A stretch of DNA of 64,000 nt from an uncultured Bacteroidia bacterium (GCA_902785785.1 CADAAA010000006.1:38867-102866); one strand, 5' to 3'. Counted from the stretch's first letter, positions 19,329 to 29,427 are shown. Notes: generated by a model from the letters alone, not told the origin. Made by a program: numbers and translations.

Positions 19329-19412
19329 TGTTTCAAAGATACTATCTTCTTGGCAAGTTTTGTGTATTGAAGGAAGAGTTTTATATTTGCGACCACTTAA
19401 AAACGGACTTTA

Positions 19413-22295
19413 ATGAAAAGAATTCTTGCCATCATTGCTGGGGCATTGTTTGCCCTCGTGCTCAACGCACAGAACAATCCTCTGGAAGTCAAACAGTTCG
19501 AACTCTCGAACGGCATGCAGGTCTGGCTCAACCAGGACAAATCCCAACCGATAGTCTACGGAGCGGTCGTAGTCCGCGCAGGCGCAAAGGACTGTCCGGA
19601 CACGGGCCTCGCCCATTATCTCGAGCATCTGCTCTTCAAGGGCACGGAAGAGCTCGGCACCGTGGATTACGAGGCCGAGAAGGTCTGGCTGGACTCCATC
19701 GCACTCTGCTATGACCGTCTTTCCACCCTCACCAACGACGACGACCGCAAGGCCATCCAGAAAGAGATCAACCGCCTGAGCAAGAAAGCCGCCGACTTCG
19801 CCATCCCCAACGAGTTCACGCGCCTGATCGCCCGCTTCGGCGGCACCGGCCTCAACGCAGGTACATCTTACGATTATACTTACTACTACAATACTTTCTC
19901 CCCCCAGTACATTGAGCAGTGGGCCGAACTGAACAGCCACCGCATGATCAATCCGGTATTCCGCCTGTTCCAAGGCGAGCTGGAAACCGTTTACGAGGAG
20001 AAGAACCGCGGAGCCGACAACACGATACAGGCCCCGCTCTTCGAGATGATCAAGGAGTTCAGCGGCAGCAATCCCTATTCCTACCAGGTCATCGGCAGCA
20101 CGGGGAACCTCAAGAATCCCCGTCTGGGAGAGATGATGGACTTCTTCAACAAATACTATGTCGGCTGCAACATGGGCCTGATACTGTCTGGAGACATTGA
20201 CTTCGACGGGCTGCAGCCGCTGCTGGAGCGCACCTTCGGGCGCATCCGCCGCGGCGACAAGCCGGAGAAGGCTCCGGTCGAAGTCGAGCCTTTCACCGGT
20301 ATCCGCGAAGTGAAGATCAAGGCTGAGATCCCGCTCATCAAGATAGCGGTCTACGCCTTCAACGGCCCTACCGACAGCGAGAAAGACGCTCCTGCGCTCG
20401 ACCTTGCCACAGGTCTGTTGACCAACAGCTTCTCTTCCGGCCTGATGGACTCCCTGGTCACTGGCCACAAGATGCTCCTGGCAGGAGCCATGCGTGTCCC
20501 TATGTTCAACGAGATGGGCATAACAGGATTCGCCGTAGTGCCGAACCTGCCTTTCGGTTCCCTGCCTAAGGCGGAGAAGCTCTGCTGGGAGCAGGTCCGG
20601 AAGATCCAGAACGGTCAGTTCTCCGACAGCGAGGTGGAAGCCTTGAAACTTGAGACAGCAAGGAATGCCCAGCAGGCTCTCGAGACGATTGCCGGCCGCT
20701 CCGACCAGATGGTCTCGGTGATGACCCAGGGGCGCAGCTGGGACGAGTACCTCGCCCAGGTCGACGCCATCCGTTCCATCACCAGGGACGATATCATCCG
20801 CGTAGCAAATAAGTATTTCACGGACAAATACATACGTTTCGAGAAGGTGATGGGCTCCTACCCCAAGGACAATGTTGCCAAACCCGACATCGATCCCGTG
20901 GTGCCGCAGCACGCCGGCGAGAGCTCCGAGTACGCGAAGCGTCTCGAAGCGATGCCGGTGCGCGATGTCGCACCGCGCCTCGTCGACATGCAGCGTGACG
21001 TCCAGCGTCTCAACGTGACTCCCCACGTGAAGATGTATTACAAGGAGAATCCGGTCAATGACCTGTTCAGGCTCACGCTGCGCGTTACCCGCGGCAGCCA
21101 GGACGATCCTGTCGTTCCCCATGTCGCATCCTTCATGAACACTCTTGGCACTGATTCCCTGTCCGTCCAGCAGCTCAGCAAGGCCTGGCAGGCCCTGGGA
21201 ACCACCCTCACTATCGACTCAGGAAACCACAGCTTCGACATCACCATCAGCGGATACGAAGACAGGCTGGAAGAGTCGCTTAAGCTCCTGCGCCATTTCA
21301 TCGACCACGCTGTTCCGGACAAGGATAGTTTCAAGGAACTGCTTCAAGGCATAGATCTGGAGAAGCAGACCTTCTTCTCCGGCGGCACATCCAATATCAT
21401 GTCCGCCATGCAGTACAGAGTCATGTATGGAGCCAATTCAATGTACCTGAACAAGCTTGACAAGAAGGAGCTCAAGGCTGTAGGCATGAAGGGCCTGATG
21501 CAGAAGTTCTCAGACCTGATGGACCACGAGTATTCGGTGCTGTACTCGGGAAGGAAGCCGGCCGGCGAGGTCGCCGCCGCGCTTGCGCGCAGGCTCGACC
21601 TCGGCCGGGCCGTCAAGTCCGAGGACTGGGTCCGCGTCGATTATTCCGGATATGACACTCCTACAGTGTTCTTCTATGACCTGCCCGGATCCCGCCAGAT
21701 GCAGATGGTCACGTACCAGGCTTTCGACCGTCCGCAGAACGGACAGGAAAAGGCCGCCCTGGAAGTACTCGGGGAGTACTTCGGCGGCGGCATGTTCTCC
21801 CTGATGTTCCAGGAGGTGCGCGAATTCCGCGCCATGGCATACAGTGCCCACGGTTACACCAGCTACCCTGATCCGGCCTACCCCAACGACAAGGCTATAT
21901 TCGTCACCAACCTCGGTACCCAGGCAGACAAGTCCCTCTCCGCTATCCAGCTTGTCGACTCGCTCATCCGCACGCTGCCCATCAAGGAGAATGCCCTGGA
22001 GTCTGCCCGCTACGCCATTGTGGCCGATGCCAACAACGATTATCCCACTTTCCGCAGCCTGCCGTCCATCGTACAGGGTTACGACAGGCTCGGTTATACC
22101 GCCGATCCCGACAAGGATGTCCTGGACAACATTTCTTCCATAGACTCGGCGGCACTGAGGGTATATTACGAGAAGTCTGTCGCTCCAACCCCCATTGCCT
22201 GGATCATCGTCGGTGACCGCAAGACCCTCCCCATGGACGAGATCACCCGATACGGCAGGCTCGTCGAGTTCAAGAAGGAGGATATCTACAAATAG
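19413..22295 (+). CDS. M16 family zinc peptidase (insulinase-like)
   Basis: Signal peptide; HYLEHLLFKG, NAGTSYD, REFRAMAYS. Confidence 0.9.
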   Translation: MKRILAIIAGALFALVLNAQNNPLEVKQFELSNGMQVWLNQDKSQPIVYGAVVVRAGAKDCPDTGLAHYLEHLLFKGTEELGTVDYEAEKVWLDSIALCYDRLSTLTNDDDRKAIQKEINRLSKKAADFAIPNEFTRLIARFGGTGLNAGTSYDYTYYYNTFSPQYIEQWAELNSHRMINPVFRLFQGELETVYEEKNRGADNTIQAPLFEMIKEFSGSNPYSYQVIGSTGNLKNPRLGEMMDFFNKYYVGCNMGLILSGDIDFDGLQPLLERTFGRIRRGDKPEKAPVEVEPFTGIREVKIKAEIPLIKIAVYAFNGPTDSEKDAPALDLATGLLTNSFSSGLMDSLVTGHKMLLAGAMRVPMFNEMGITGFAVVPNLPFGSLPKAEKLCWEQVRKIQNGQFSDSEVEALKLETARNAQQALETIAGRSDQMVSVMTQGRSWDEYLAQVDAIRSITRDDIIRVANKYFTDKYIRFEKVMGSYPKDNVAKPDIDPVVPQHAGESSEYAKRLEAMPVRDVAPRLVDMQRDVQRLNVTPHVKMYYKENPVNDLFRLTLRVTRGSQDDPVVPHVASFMNTLGTDSLSVQQLSKAWQALGTTLTIDSGNHSFDITISGYEDRLEESLKLLRHFIDHAVPDKDSFKELLQGIDLEKQTFFSGGTSNIMSAMQYRVMYGANSMYLNKLDKKELKAVGMKGLMQKFSDLMDHEYSVLYSGRKPAGEVAAALARRLDLGRAVKSEDWVRVDYSGYDTPTVFFYDLPGSRQMQMVTYQAFDRPQNGQEKAALEVLGEYFGGGMFSLMFQEVREFRAMAYSAHGYTSYPDPAYPNDKAIFVTNLGTQADKSLSAIQLVDSLIRTLPIKENALESARYAIVADANNDYPTFRSLPSIVQGYDRLGYTADPDKDVLDNISSIDSAALRVYYEKSVAPTPIAWIIVGDRKTLPMDEITRYGRLVEFKKEDIYK

Positions 22296-22352
22296 GCGTC
22301 AGGACCAGCGCTTTTTATATTCCTTTTTTTTGCATATCTTTGCAGTCCCAAA

Positions 22353-22441
22353 GGAAGGATGGCCGAGTGGCTGAAGGCGCTGGTCTCGAAAACCGGTATA
22401 CCCTTCACGGGGTATCGGGGGTTCGAATCCCCCTTCTTCCG
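22353..22441 (+). tRNA. tRNA-Ser(CGA)
   Basis: Acceptor GGAAGGA/TTCTTCC, D-arm GGCCGAGTGG, anticodon loop CTCGAAA, long variable arm, GGTTCGAATCC; TATCTTTG promoter at 22335; CCA not encoded. Confidence 0.95.
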
Positions 22442-22449
22442 CAAATGGG

Positions 22450-22483
22450 AAAGGCACCGCAGTGAAAACTGTGGTGCCTTTTT
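22450..22483 (+). terminator. Intrinsic terminator after tRNA-Ser
   Basis: AAAGGCACCGCAG-tgaaaa-CTGTGGTGCCTTTTT. Confidence 0.85.
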
Positions 22484-22585
22484 GTCCTCACGGAGATGAC
22501 AGGCGGTGGCGTCGACAGAGCATTTTCCGCGGAGTCGATGCCACCGCCTGACATCGTAGTGAGCGTTTCCCGAATGATGCGGGGG

Positions 22586-23818
22586 CTACGGTTCTTCCAT
22601 GAAGCGTTCGGCGCGGACGAAGCGGAGGGCCTCCTCAATCTGCCGATAGCCGCGGGTGCCGGGACGGGCGAGCTTCAGATAACGTTCGTAATACTCGACA
22701 GCACGCCTGTAGTCCTTCTTCTGCTCGTAGCAGTAGCCGATGGTGGAAATCGCTGAAATGTATTTCTGATTGTACTCGAAAGCCTTCTGGTACAGATCGA
22801 TCGCCTTGTCCCAGTCCTGTCTGGTATATTCCGCCAGAGCATAGTTCTGGTAGATGCTTGACATCAGAGTCGAGTCCGGTTCCATCATCCTGAGTGCTTT
22901 TTCGAACCATGGCTTCACTCCAGCCTGATACCCTACGAAACTGCGGGTCCTGTTCACAGCTATCTCCAGTGCCAGCGAGGCCCTCGTGGAGTCCAGTTGC
23001 CATGCGCGCAGGAAATGCCCGTCGGCATCCTTGTACATCATGAGGTTGGAATAATCCTTGGCCAGATAGTAATGCGGGGCAAACGTGTCGTCTCCGAGGT
23101 CCACAGCCAGTTCGAATGCGTCAGCGGACAACATCCAGTTTTCTTTCAGATAGTACGCCAGCCCCTTTATACGCAGGATATCGATATTGAGCGAGTCCAG
23201 CGCCAGATAGTTCTCCGCCAGGGAAAGCGCCCCATCGTAGTCCTTGCGGTCCAAAAGTATGTTCGACATCTTGCTGACTACAGAGGCGTTGCGAGGCCGC
23301 CGTCGGAGCGCCGTAGCGTAATAGCGCATGGCCGAATCGGGCTGCTCCATCTTGTTGAAGGCGTCTCCGACCAGCGTAAGGACCGGCAAAAGGGTGTCGC
23401 GCCGCAGGACTTCACGTCCTTGCGCGACGACATCCGGCAAAGCTCCTGCCCTGTTCAGCAACGACATGAAACGTACTTGATTGCCGAGATCCTCGGGACG
23501 CAGCTGGGTGAGCTGCATGTACAGCAACATAGCTTCGGCCGAACGGCCCGCCTGATAGTGGCAGTCCGCCAGCTCGCCCAGCACCTCGGTATCCACCGCG
23601 CCCGGCCTGAGCAGGGAGGCAAGTGCCTCGGCTGCCTCGTCGAAGCAGTACATGCGCTTGAGGAGCGCGGCCTTGCGCAGGACGAGGCCGCGCGCGGCGG
23701 CGCTGTCCGAGACGGCCGCCAGGCTGTCGAGCGCCGCGATCTCGCGGCTGCTCTGTGCGCGCACCCCCAGACACGACAAAGCAAGAAGGGTAATGATTAA
23801 ATATCGGAAGGTCTTCAT
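22586..23818 (-). CDS. Secreted tetratricopeptide-repeat protein
   Basis: Signal peptide MKTFRYLIITLLALSCLGVRA; multiple TPR helices; TATATTTG promoter upstream on the minus strand. Confidence 0.85.
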   Translation of the reverse strand: MKTFRYLIITLLALSCLGVRAQSSREIAALDSLAAVSDSAAARGLVLRKAALLKRMYCFDEAAEALASLLRPGAVDTEVLGELADCHYQAGRSAEAMLLYMQLTQLRPEDLGNQVRFMSLLNRAGALPDVVAQGREVLRRDTLLPVLTLVGDAFNKMEQPDSAMRYYATALRRRPRNASVVSKMSNILLDRKDYDGALSLAENYLALDSLNIDILRIKGLAYYLKENWMLSADAFELAVDLGDDTFAPHYYLAKDYSNLMMYKDADGHFLRAWQLDSTRASLALEIAVNRTRSFVGYQAGVKPWFEKALRMMEPDSTLMSSIYQNYALAEYTRQDWDKAIDLYQKAFEYNQKYISAISTIGYCYEQKKDYRRAVEYYERYLKLARPGTRGYRQIEEALRFVRAERFMEEP

Positions 23819-23876
23819 ATACAATATCATTTCCACAAATATATGCATTATTCTCGAAACTCCTAAAAAAAATAGT

Positions 23877-24037
23877 AGTTCGACAAGTCGTCTGGAACAC
23901 AGGTAAGCATCTCAACGCATTCCGGACCTCATCGCTGTTCCTGACCTCGTGGATTTCGTCAGGTTGCGAACAGGAACCTGCCCTACAACGTATCAGAAGG
24001 CCATCCCCTGTTCCAGACGATTTGCCGGCCGCGAACT
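23877..24037. ncRNA. Candidate structured RNA (closing stem, central bubble, apical stem)
   Basis: TCGTCTGGAACA (23888-99)/TGTTCCAGACGA (24009-20); inner CTGTT-CCTGAC/GTCAGG-AACAG; intergenic. Identity not established. Confidence 0.3.
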
Positions 24038-24108
24038 GAGAGAGGAATCTCATCGCTTAATCGGACCGCATTGTGATTATGTGAAGTCCATCCGCTAGAG
24101 CAGGTGAA

Positions 24109-24192
24109 GTAGACGGTCCATAGTTTGGACCGTCTATAGCAAAAACGCCCCAAAATGACGTAGACGGTCCAAGTCTTGGACCGTCTACAGCA
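24109..24192 (+). repeat. REP-like doublet family A, orphan copy 2
   Basis: GTAGACGGTCCA-tagtt-TGGACCGTCTA, linker TAGCAAAAACGCCCCAAAATGAC, GTAGACGGTCCA-agtct-TGGACCGTCTACAGCA; 51 bp spacing. Confidence 0.92.
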
Positions 24193-24287
24193 GCGATAAT
24201 GACTGAATCCCCTTCTCAATATCCGACCGTTTGGATAACTCCGACCAAACCCTTATCTTTAGGTTGACAAAACGTACTTTCCAGACT

Positions 24288-24959
24288 ATGGATAAAGAAC
24301 TGTTCTTACAATCGTTCCTGAAGTTTATCCTGGGCTTCGCCATTGTCGGCCTGCTGCTGTTTTTGCCTGCTGGTTCATTTTCTTATTGGCAGGGGTGGCT
24401 GCTGATGGGGATCCTGTTCGTGCCGATGTTCTGTGCCGGACTGGTGATGATGGCCCGGAATCCTGATCTCCTTCGCAAGCGGCTGAACGCAAGGGAAGAG
24501 GAAAAGGAACAGAAAACCGTTGTGAAACTTAGCGGCCTGCTGTTCATAGCCGCATTTGTCATAGCCGGGCTCAACTGGCGCTTCGGATGGTGTGTCCTTC
24601 CAAACTGGGCAGTGTGGGTTTCGGCCGGGCTTTTCCTGATCTGCTACCTCCTGTATGCCGAGGTCCTTAGGGAGAACACCTTTCTGTCCAGGACCATTGA
24701 AGTGCAGGAGAATCAAAAGGTTATAGATACCGGACTGTACGGTATAGTACGGCATCCGATGTATATGGCCACAACCGTCCTGTTCCTTGCGATGCCGCTG
24801 GTACTTGCATCGCCCATCTCCTTCGCCGTCATGCTTCTGTATATACCTCTGATCGCTAAACGCATCAAGAATGAGGAGGCTGTCCTTGAAGAAGGCCTGG
24901 AAGGCTACAAGGAGTATAAGCTGCGGGTAAAGTATAAGGTGTTACCGTTTATCTGGTAA
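24288..24959 (+). CDS. Isoprenylcysteine carboxyl methyltransferase family membrane protein
   Basis: RENTFLSRTIEVQ..QKVIDTGLYGIVRHPMY, RI..EE..L..GL.GY..Y...V. Confidence 0.88.
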   Translation: MDKELFLQSFLKFILGFAIVGLLLFLPAGSFSYWQGWLLMGILFVPMFCAGLVMMARNPDLLRKRLNAREEEKEQKTVVKLSGLLFIAAFVIAGLNWRFGWCVLPNWAVWVSAGLFLICYLLYAEVLRENTFLSRTIEVQENQKVIDTGLYGIVRHPMYMATTVLFLAMPLVLASPISFAVMLLYIPLIAKRIKNEEAVLEEGLEGYKEYKLRVKYKVLPFIW

Positions 24960-25053
24960 ATCCCATAACGGGGTTTTTGTAAAAAAACTTCCGGCTCCAT
25001 GCAAGAATCTCGGAAAACCAGCGTTTATTGTGCAGTCATTTAAAAAGATTATT

Positions 25054-25758
25054 ATGATGAAAAGCTTTTTCAGATGGTTCGCCATCGCAGCGGCTGTCCT
25101 CAGCATTGCCGCCTGCAAGTTGGACGACGACAGTTTCGATCCCAGCATAATGTATCCGTCAGCCGTCGTGACCGTAAAGCCCGACGCGGACAATTCGTCT
25201 TTCTACATGCAGCTGGACGAAGAGACTGTGCTGCACGCAGTTAACATGAAGAAATCCCCCTTCGGGACCAAGGAAGTCAGGGCACTGGTAAACTACCGCA
25301 AGCCTACCGCGGAGGAGATGCAGAAAGGCGGTCTCTATGACGATGCGGGTAACGTCTATATCAACTGGATTGACTCCATCCTCACCAAGAAGCCGGTACC
25401 GGACCTCGGTGAAGATGCCAATGCCGTCAAGTACGGAAATGACCCTATCGAAATCGTAGGGGACTGGACCACGGTTGTCGAAGACGGTTACATCACCCTC
25501 CGTTTCCGCACTATTTGGACCGATGGAGTCATGCACAGGATCAACCTCGTAGCCAGTTCAGACCCGGCTGACCCTTATAAGGTCACGCTCTACCACGACG
25601 CTGCAGGCGACCATTCCGGTCGCGAGGGAGACGCGCTCGTAGCTTTCAGCCTCGCCGACCTGCCTGACACGCAAGGAGCTACCGTCGACCTGACGCTGGA
25701 GTGGAAATCCTTCTCCGGGGTCAAGACCGCCAAGTTCAAATACCGCACACGCGATTAA
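25054..25758 (+). CDS. NigD-like lipoprotein
   Basis: Lipobox IAAC; A.VTVK, YGNDPIEI, H.INLV, L.HDA.GD, VAFSL..LP. Confidence 0.8.
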   Translation: MMKSFFRWFAIAAAVLSIAACKLDDDSFDPSIMYPSAVVTVKPDADNSSFYMQLDEETVLHAVNMKKSPFGTKEVRALVNYRKPTAEEMQKGGLYDDAGNVYINWIDSILTKKPVPDLGEDANAVKYGNDPIEIVGDWTTVVEDGYITLRFRTIWTDGVMHRINLVASSDPADPYKVTLYHDAAGDHSGREGDALVAFSLADLPDTQGATVDLTLEWKSFSGVKTAKFKYRTRD

Positions 25759-25788
25759 ACTACTGAACCGCGTCCGTAAGAAGCAGGA

Positions 25789-27363
25789 TTAAAAGGCTTT
25801 GGCATTGGCCAGCGACATACCGACGCTGAACTGAAGGTTGACGTTGGCAAGCGTGCCTTCCAGGTCCCAGTCCTCGCGATACTCGTCCGAGGGCTTGTGG
25901 TACCAAGATGCCATGGGATAACGGTTGGGGCGTGCCGGGTCCGCGGGATGGAGACCATTCTCCATCACCACGGCCGGCACGCCCTTCTTGACGAAGTTGT
26001 AATGGTCCGAGCGGAAGAACCATCCGTCGGAATTGTCGTCATCGAAGAAGATATAACGCCCCTGGGCGGCGGCCGCAGCCACATAGTATTTGTCAAGCAT
26101 GCTTTCGCCGCCGCCCAGGATGACTACGTCCTCGGTGAGTTCCGCCGGACCGATGCTCTCGAAATTCAGGCACGCGACCGTCTTGTCCATCGGGACGGCG
26201 GGATGCGCGCAATAGTATTCCGAACCGAAAAGACCGCTTTCCTCGGAAGAGGGGAAAAGGAAGATGATCGAGCGGTCCGGCCTTTCCGGCAGCCGGGTGA
26301 ACTTGGTGGCGGCAAGCAGCAGTCCGGCCATGCCGGACGCGTTGTCGGCCGCCCCATTGTAGATGGCATCCCCGCTCTCGTCAGGCGTACCGATGCCGAG
26401 GTGGTCCCAATGGGCGCTCATCACCACGGCCTCGTCAGCTTTCGAGGCCCCGCGTAGGATAGCTCCGACGTTGCGGGTCTCCTGGATGTCGTAGCTCACG
26501 GACATCCTGACGTCACCTTTCACATTGAGTGAAAAGCTCTTGAAGCCCGGACGCTTTGCTGCGGCAAGCGCGGCGTCCATGTCCATTCCCGCCGCTTCGA
26601 ACAGTTTCCTTGCCCCATCCTCATGCAGCCATCCCTTGATGCCAAGCTCGCCGGCGTTACGGGTATCAGGATCATAAAGGGCAAGGTTGTCCTCCATGTG
26701 GCCGTTCACGCAGACATGCCAGCCGTAGCTGGCTGCCTCGGTATTGTGCAAAACGAGGCAGCCGGCCGCTCCCTGACGGATTGCCTCCTCGAACTTATAA
26801 AGCCATCTGCCGTAATAGGTCATGTTCCGGCCACGGAAAAGCCCTTCGTCATAATAGCCAGGGTCATTGACCATGGCTATCACTATCTTGCCCTTCACGT
26901 CGATGCCCTCATAGTCGTTCCATCCGTACTCGGGGGCATTGATGCCGAATCCGCAGAAGACGTATTCGGCTTTCTTGATCTCTACCATATCGGTCGCGCG
27001 CGCGGTCCATACGACCACATCCTCGGGATAGCGCAGGGTGGCTTTCTTCTTCCCTTTCGCCGTCAACGCTCCCCCGACAGGCTTGGCCGTGACGGCTATC
27101 ATGCGGAAAGGCTGGAACCAGCTTCCGCCGAAAGCCGGCTCGAGGCCAAGCCCTTTCAACTGGTCCGCAAGGTAATCCACCGTGATGTCCTCGTACTGCG
27201 TCATGGGCTTTCGACCGCCGAACCCGTCCGAGGCTAGTGTTTTGATCCACTCACGCATCTGCATTTCGTCCGCCTGCTGCGCTGCAGACTGCGCGCCTGC
27301 AATCGTTATACTCATAAATAGTACGCACGCGAGTGCCGATATCCTGATCAGTAACTTCAACAT
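25789..27363 (-). CDS. M28 family peptidase with PA domain
   Basis: SAHWDHLG, NGAADNASG, EESGL.GS, RSDHYNF, YHKPSDE. Confidence 0.9.
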   Translation of the reverse strand: MLKLLIRISALACVLFMSITIAGAQSAAQQADEMQMREWIKTLASDGFGGRKPMTQYEDITVDYLADQLKGLGLEPAFGGSWFQPFRMIAVTAKPVGGALTAKGKKKATLRYPEDVVVWTARATDMVEIKKAEYVFCGFGINAPEYGWNDYEGIDVKGKIVIAMVNDPGYYDEGLFRGRNMTYYGRWLYKFEEAIRQGAAGCLVLHNTEAASYGWHVCVNGHMEDNLALYDPDTRNAGELGIKGWLHEDGARKLFEAAGMDMDAALAAAKRPGFKSFSLNVKGDVRMSVSYDIQETRNVGAILRGASKADEAVVMSAHWDHLGIGTPDESGDAIYNGAADNASGMAGLLLAATKFTRLPERPDRSIIFLFPSSEESGLFGSEYYCAHPAVPMDKTVACLNFESIGPAELTEDVVILGGGESMLDKYYVAAAAAQGRYIFFDDDNSDGWFFRSDHYNFVKKGVPAVVMENGLHPADPARPNRYPMASWYHKPSDEYREDWDLEGTLANVNLQFSVGMSLANAKAF

Positions 27364-27479
27364 GGCTGTCAATTATTCCGTTTCCACGAATATACATTAT
27401 TTTCTTTGAAATTTTAGTACCTTGTATTGCAAAGTATTCAAAAGTTTTTATATCTTTGCATCGAAAAATACTTTTGGAA

Positions 27480-28049
27480 ATGAAAAAGACAGTCAATGCC
27501 GGTATCGGCGGAAGGAACTTTACCCTCGACGAGGACGCCTACAGCCGTCTGGAAGGGTATCTCAAGCTGTTCAGGACACATCTCAAGGACGTGCCCGTAG
27601 AGGAAGTCATGGATGACCTTGAGTCACGCATAGCTGAGCTGTTCACCGAGAAGGTCGGCTCGGGATCACGGGTTGTGGACATCAATCTCGTGGAAGAAGT
27701 CATCAACCAGCTGGGCATGCCGGACGGCAGCGAAGTGCCGGGCGGCGCCGCGGCGGGCGCGCCGAAGGGCGCTGCGGCCGCGCCGCCGCGCAAGCTCTTC
27801 CGCGACCCCGAGAACGCCCGCATCGCCGGCGTCTGCGCCGGACTCGCCCAGTATTTCGACGTCGACATCACGCTGGTGCGCGTACTGATGCTGGTCGCCC
27901 TGTTCGCCGGCTCAGCAGGATTCTGGATCTACGTCATCCTCTGGATCGTCGTTCCCAAGGCCTTGACCCCGGCGCAACAGTGCGAAATGCGCGGCATCTC
28001 CCCCACCGCGGAGAACCTCGCCAAATTCACCCTTAAAAACAAGAAGTGA
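27480..28049 (+). CDS. PspC domain-containing protein (short)
   Basis: MKKTVNAGIGG..F.LDEDAY N-domain; KLFRDPENARIAGVCAGLAQYF PspC motif. Confidence 0.88.
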   Translation: MKKTVNAGIGGRNFTLDEDAYSRLEGYLKLFRTHLKDVPVEEVMDDLESRIAELFTEKVGSGSRVVDINLVEEVINQLGMPDGSEVPGGAAAGAPKGAAAAPPRKLFRDPENARIAGVCAGLAQYFDVDITLVRVLMLVALFAGSAGFWIYVILWIVVPKALTPAQQCEMRGISPTAENLAKFTLKNKK

Positions 28050-28378
28050 TGGAAACCAATGCAGACAACGTACGCGCCCAAATGCGCAAAGGAATGCTGG
28101 AATACTGCATCCTGTGCATCCTGGCCAAGCGAGAAGCCTATGCCTCGTCCATCATCGAGGAGCTTAAGGCCGCGAACCTGATCGTGGTCGAAGGAACGCT
28201 CTATCCCCTGCTGATACGGCAGAAGAATCAGGGCCTCCTCACCTACCGCTGGGAGGAATCCACGCAAGGCCCTCCCCGCAAATACTATTGCATCACCGAC
28301 AAAGGTCGCGAACAACTCAAGGACATGGACAGCGCCTGGCAGGATATGGTCAGGGCCATTGAAACACTCAGAGGATGA
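28049..28378 (+). CDS. PadR family transcriptional regulator
   Basis: QMRKGMLEYCIL, EGTLYPLL.R, GPPRKYY.IT.KG. Confidence 0.92.
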   Translation: METNADNVRAQMRKGMLEYCILCILAKREAYASSIIEELKAANLIVVEGTLYPLLIRQKNQGLLTYRWEESTQGPPRKYYCITDKGREQLKDMDSAWQDMVRAIETLRG

Positions 28379-29427
28379 AACAGATAGAAAGAGTCAGCAT
28401 AGGGGGATACGCTTTCTCCCTTGAAAAAGAGGCCGCGCAGGCAGTAGCCGCTTATCTGAAGGATATGACGGCATACTATCCCAATCCCGAGATCGTCGAA
28501 GGTATCGAAGAGAGGATGGCCGAACTCCTGCTCGAAAGGACGCCTTCGGACGGAGTCGTCACACTGTCCTCCGTCCAGGAGATAATGGACATACTAGGCC
28601 GCCCGGAAAAGATAGAGGAGGAAGAACCCGAGCGCTCCACTCCGGAAGAGAAGCCGAAGAAAAAACTTTACCGCGACATGGAGAACGCCCGCGTAGCCGG
28701 CGTCTGCAGCGGCCTGGCGAGCTATTTCGATGTAGATCCTGCGGTGTTCAGGATCATTTTCCTGGTACTCTCCCTCGTCGGATTCTTCGGCGGGATCGAC
28801 CACTGGGGACCCGTATTCTCCGTATCGATATCCTTCCCTATCCTCTACCTGATCCTCTGGATGTGCATGCCAGCGGCCCGCACCGCGCGCCAGCGCTGGG
28901 AGCAGAAAGGCGAGGACGGCACGGCCGAGAGCATCCGCCGCTCCATCGAGAGCGGCGCGGCCGAGCTAGGCGCGGCGGCCGAGAGGATCGGCAAGTCCCC
29001 CGCCTGGGGAGGCCTCGGCCGCGCCGTCGAGCTGATAATCGGCCTGATCCTCCTCATCGTGTCCGTGTCCGGACTCTTCACCTGCGGACTGGGGCTGTTC
29101 GGATGGGAATGGCTTGGATTCAAGACCACCGTAGACCGCCTGATCGCGGAGATATCCTACGAACTGCCTCAGTTCACGAACATCATCGAGACTCCCTGGG
29201 TCATGTATCTCGCAATCGTCGTCTGCATACTCCCCTTCCTCGGAATGCTCTACGGCAGCATCATGATGATCTTCCATTTCAAGTCACCCTCATGGCATCC
29301 GGGACTGGTGATCTTCATCCTCTGGCTGATTGCCGTAGTTGCCCTGGCGATACTGGTCATCGCCTGCGGCTTCTCCGCCGACCAGCAGCATATCGTCGTG
29401 ACGGGAGACAGATACCTTTCACTATAA
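28375..29427 (+). CDS. PspC domain-containing membrane protein (long)
   Basis: KKLYRDMENARVAGVCSGLASYF; additional TM helices. Confidence 0.88.
   Translation: MKQIERVSIGGYAFSLEKEAAQAVAAYLKDMTAYYPNPEIVEGIEERMAELLLERTPSDGVVTLSSVQEIMDILGRPEKIEEEEPERSTPEEKPKKKLYRDMENARVAGVCSGLASYFDVDPAVFRIIFLVLSLVGFFGGIDHWGPVFSVSISFPILYLILWMCMPAARTARQRWEQKGEDGTAESIRRSIESGAAELGAAAERIGKSPAWGGLGRAVELIIGLILLIVSVSGLFTCGLGLFGWEWLGFKTTVDRLIAEISYELPQFTNIIETPWVMYLAIVVCILPFLGMLYGSIMMIFHFKSPSWHPGLVIFILWLIAVVALAILVIACGFSADQQHIVVTGDRYLSL

Noticed and set aside
22353-22600. tRNA-Ser as the integration site of an island
   Set aside because: No integrase nearby and no duplicated tRNA 3-prime end found in the window.
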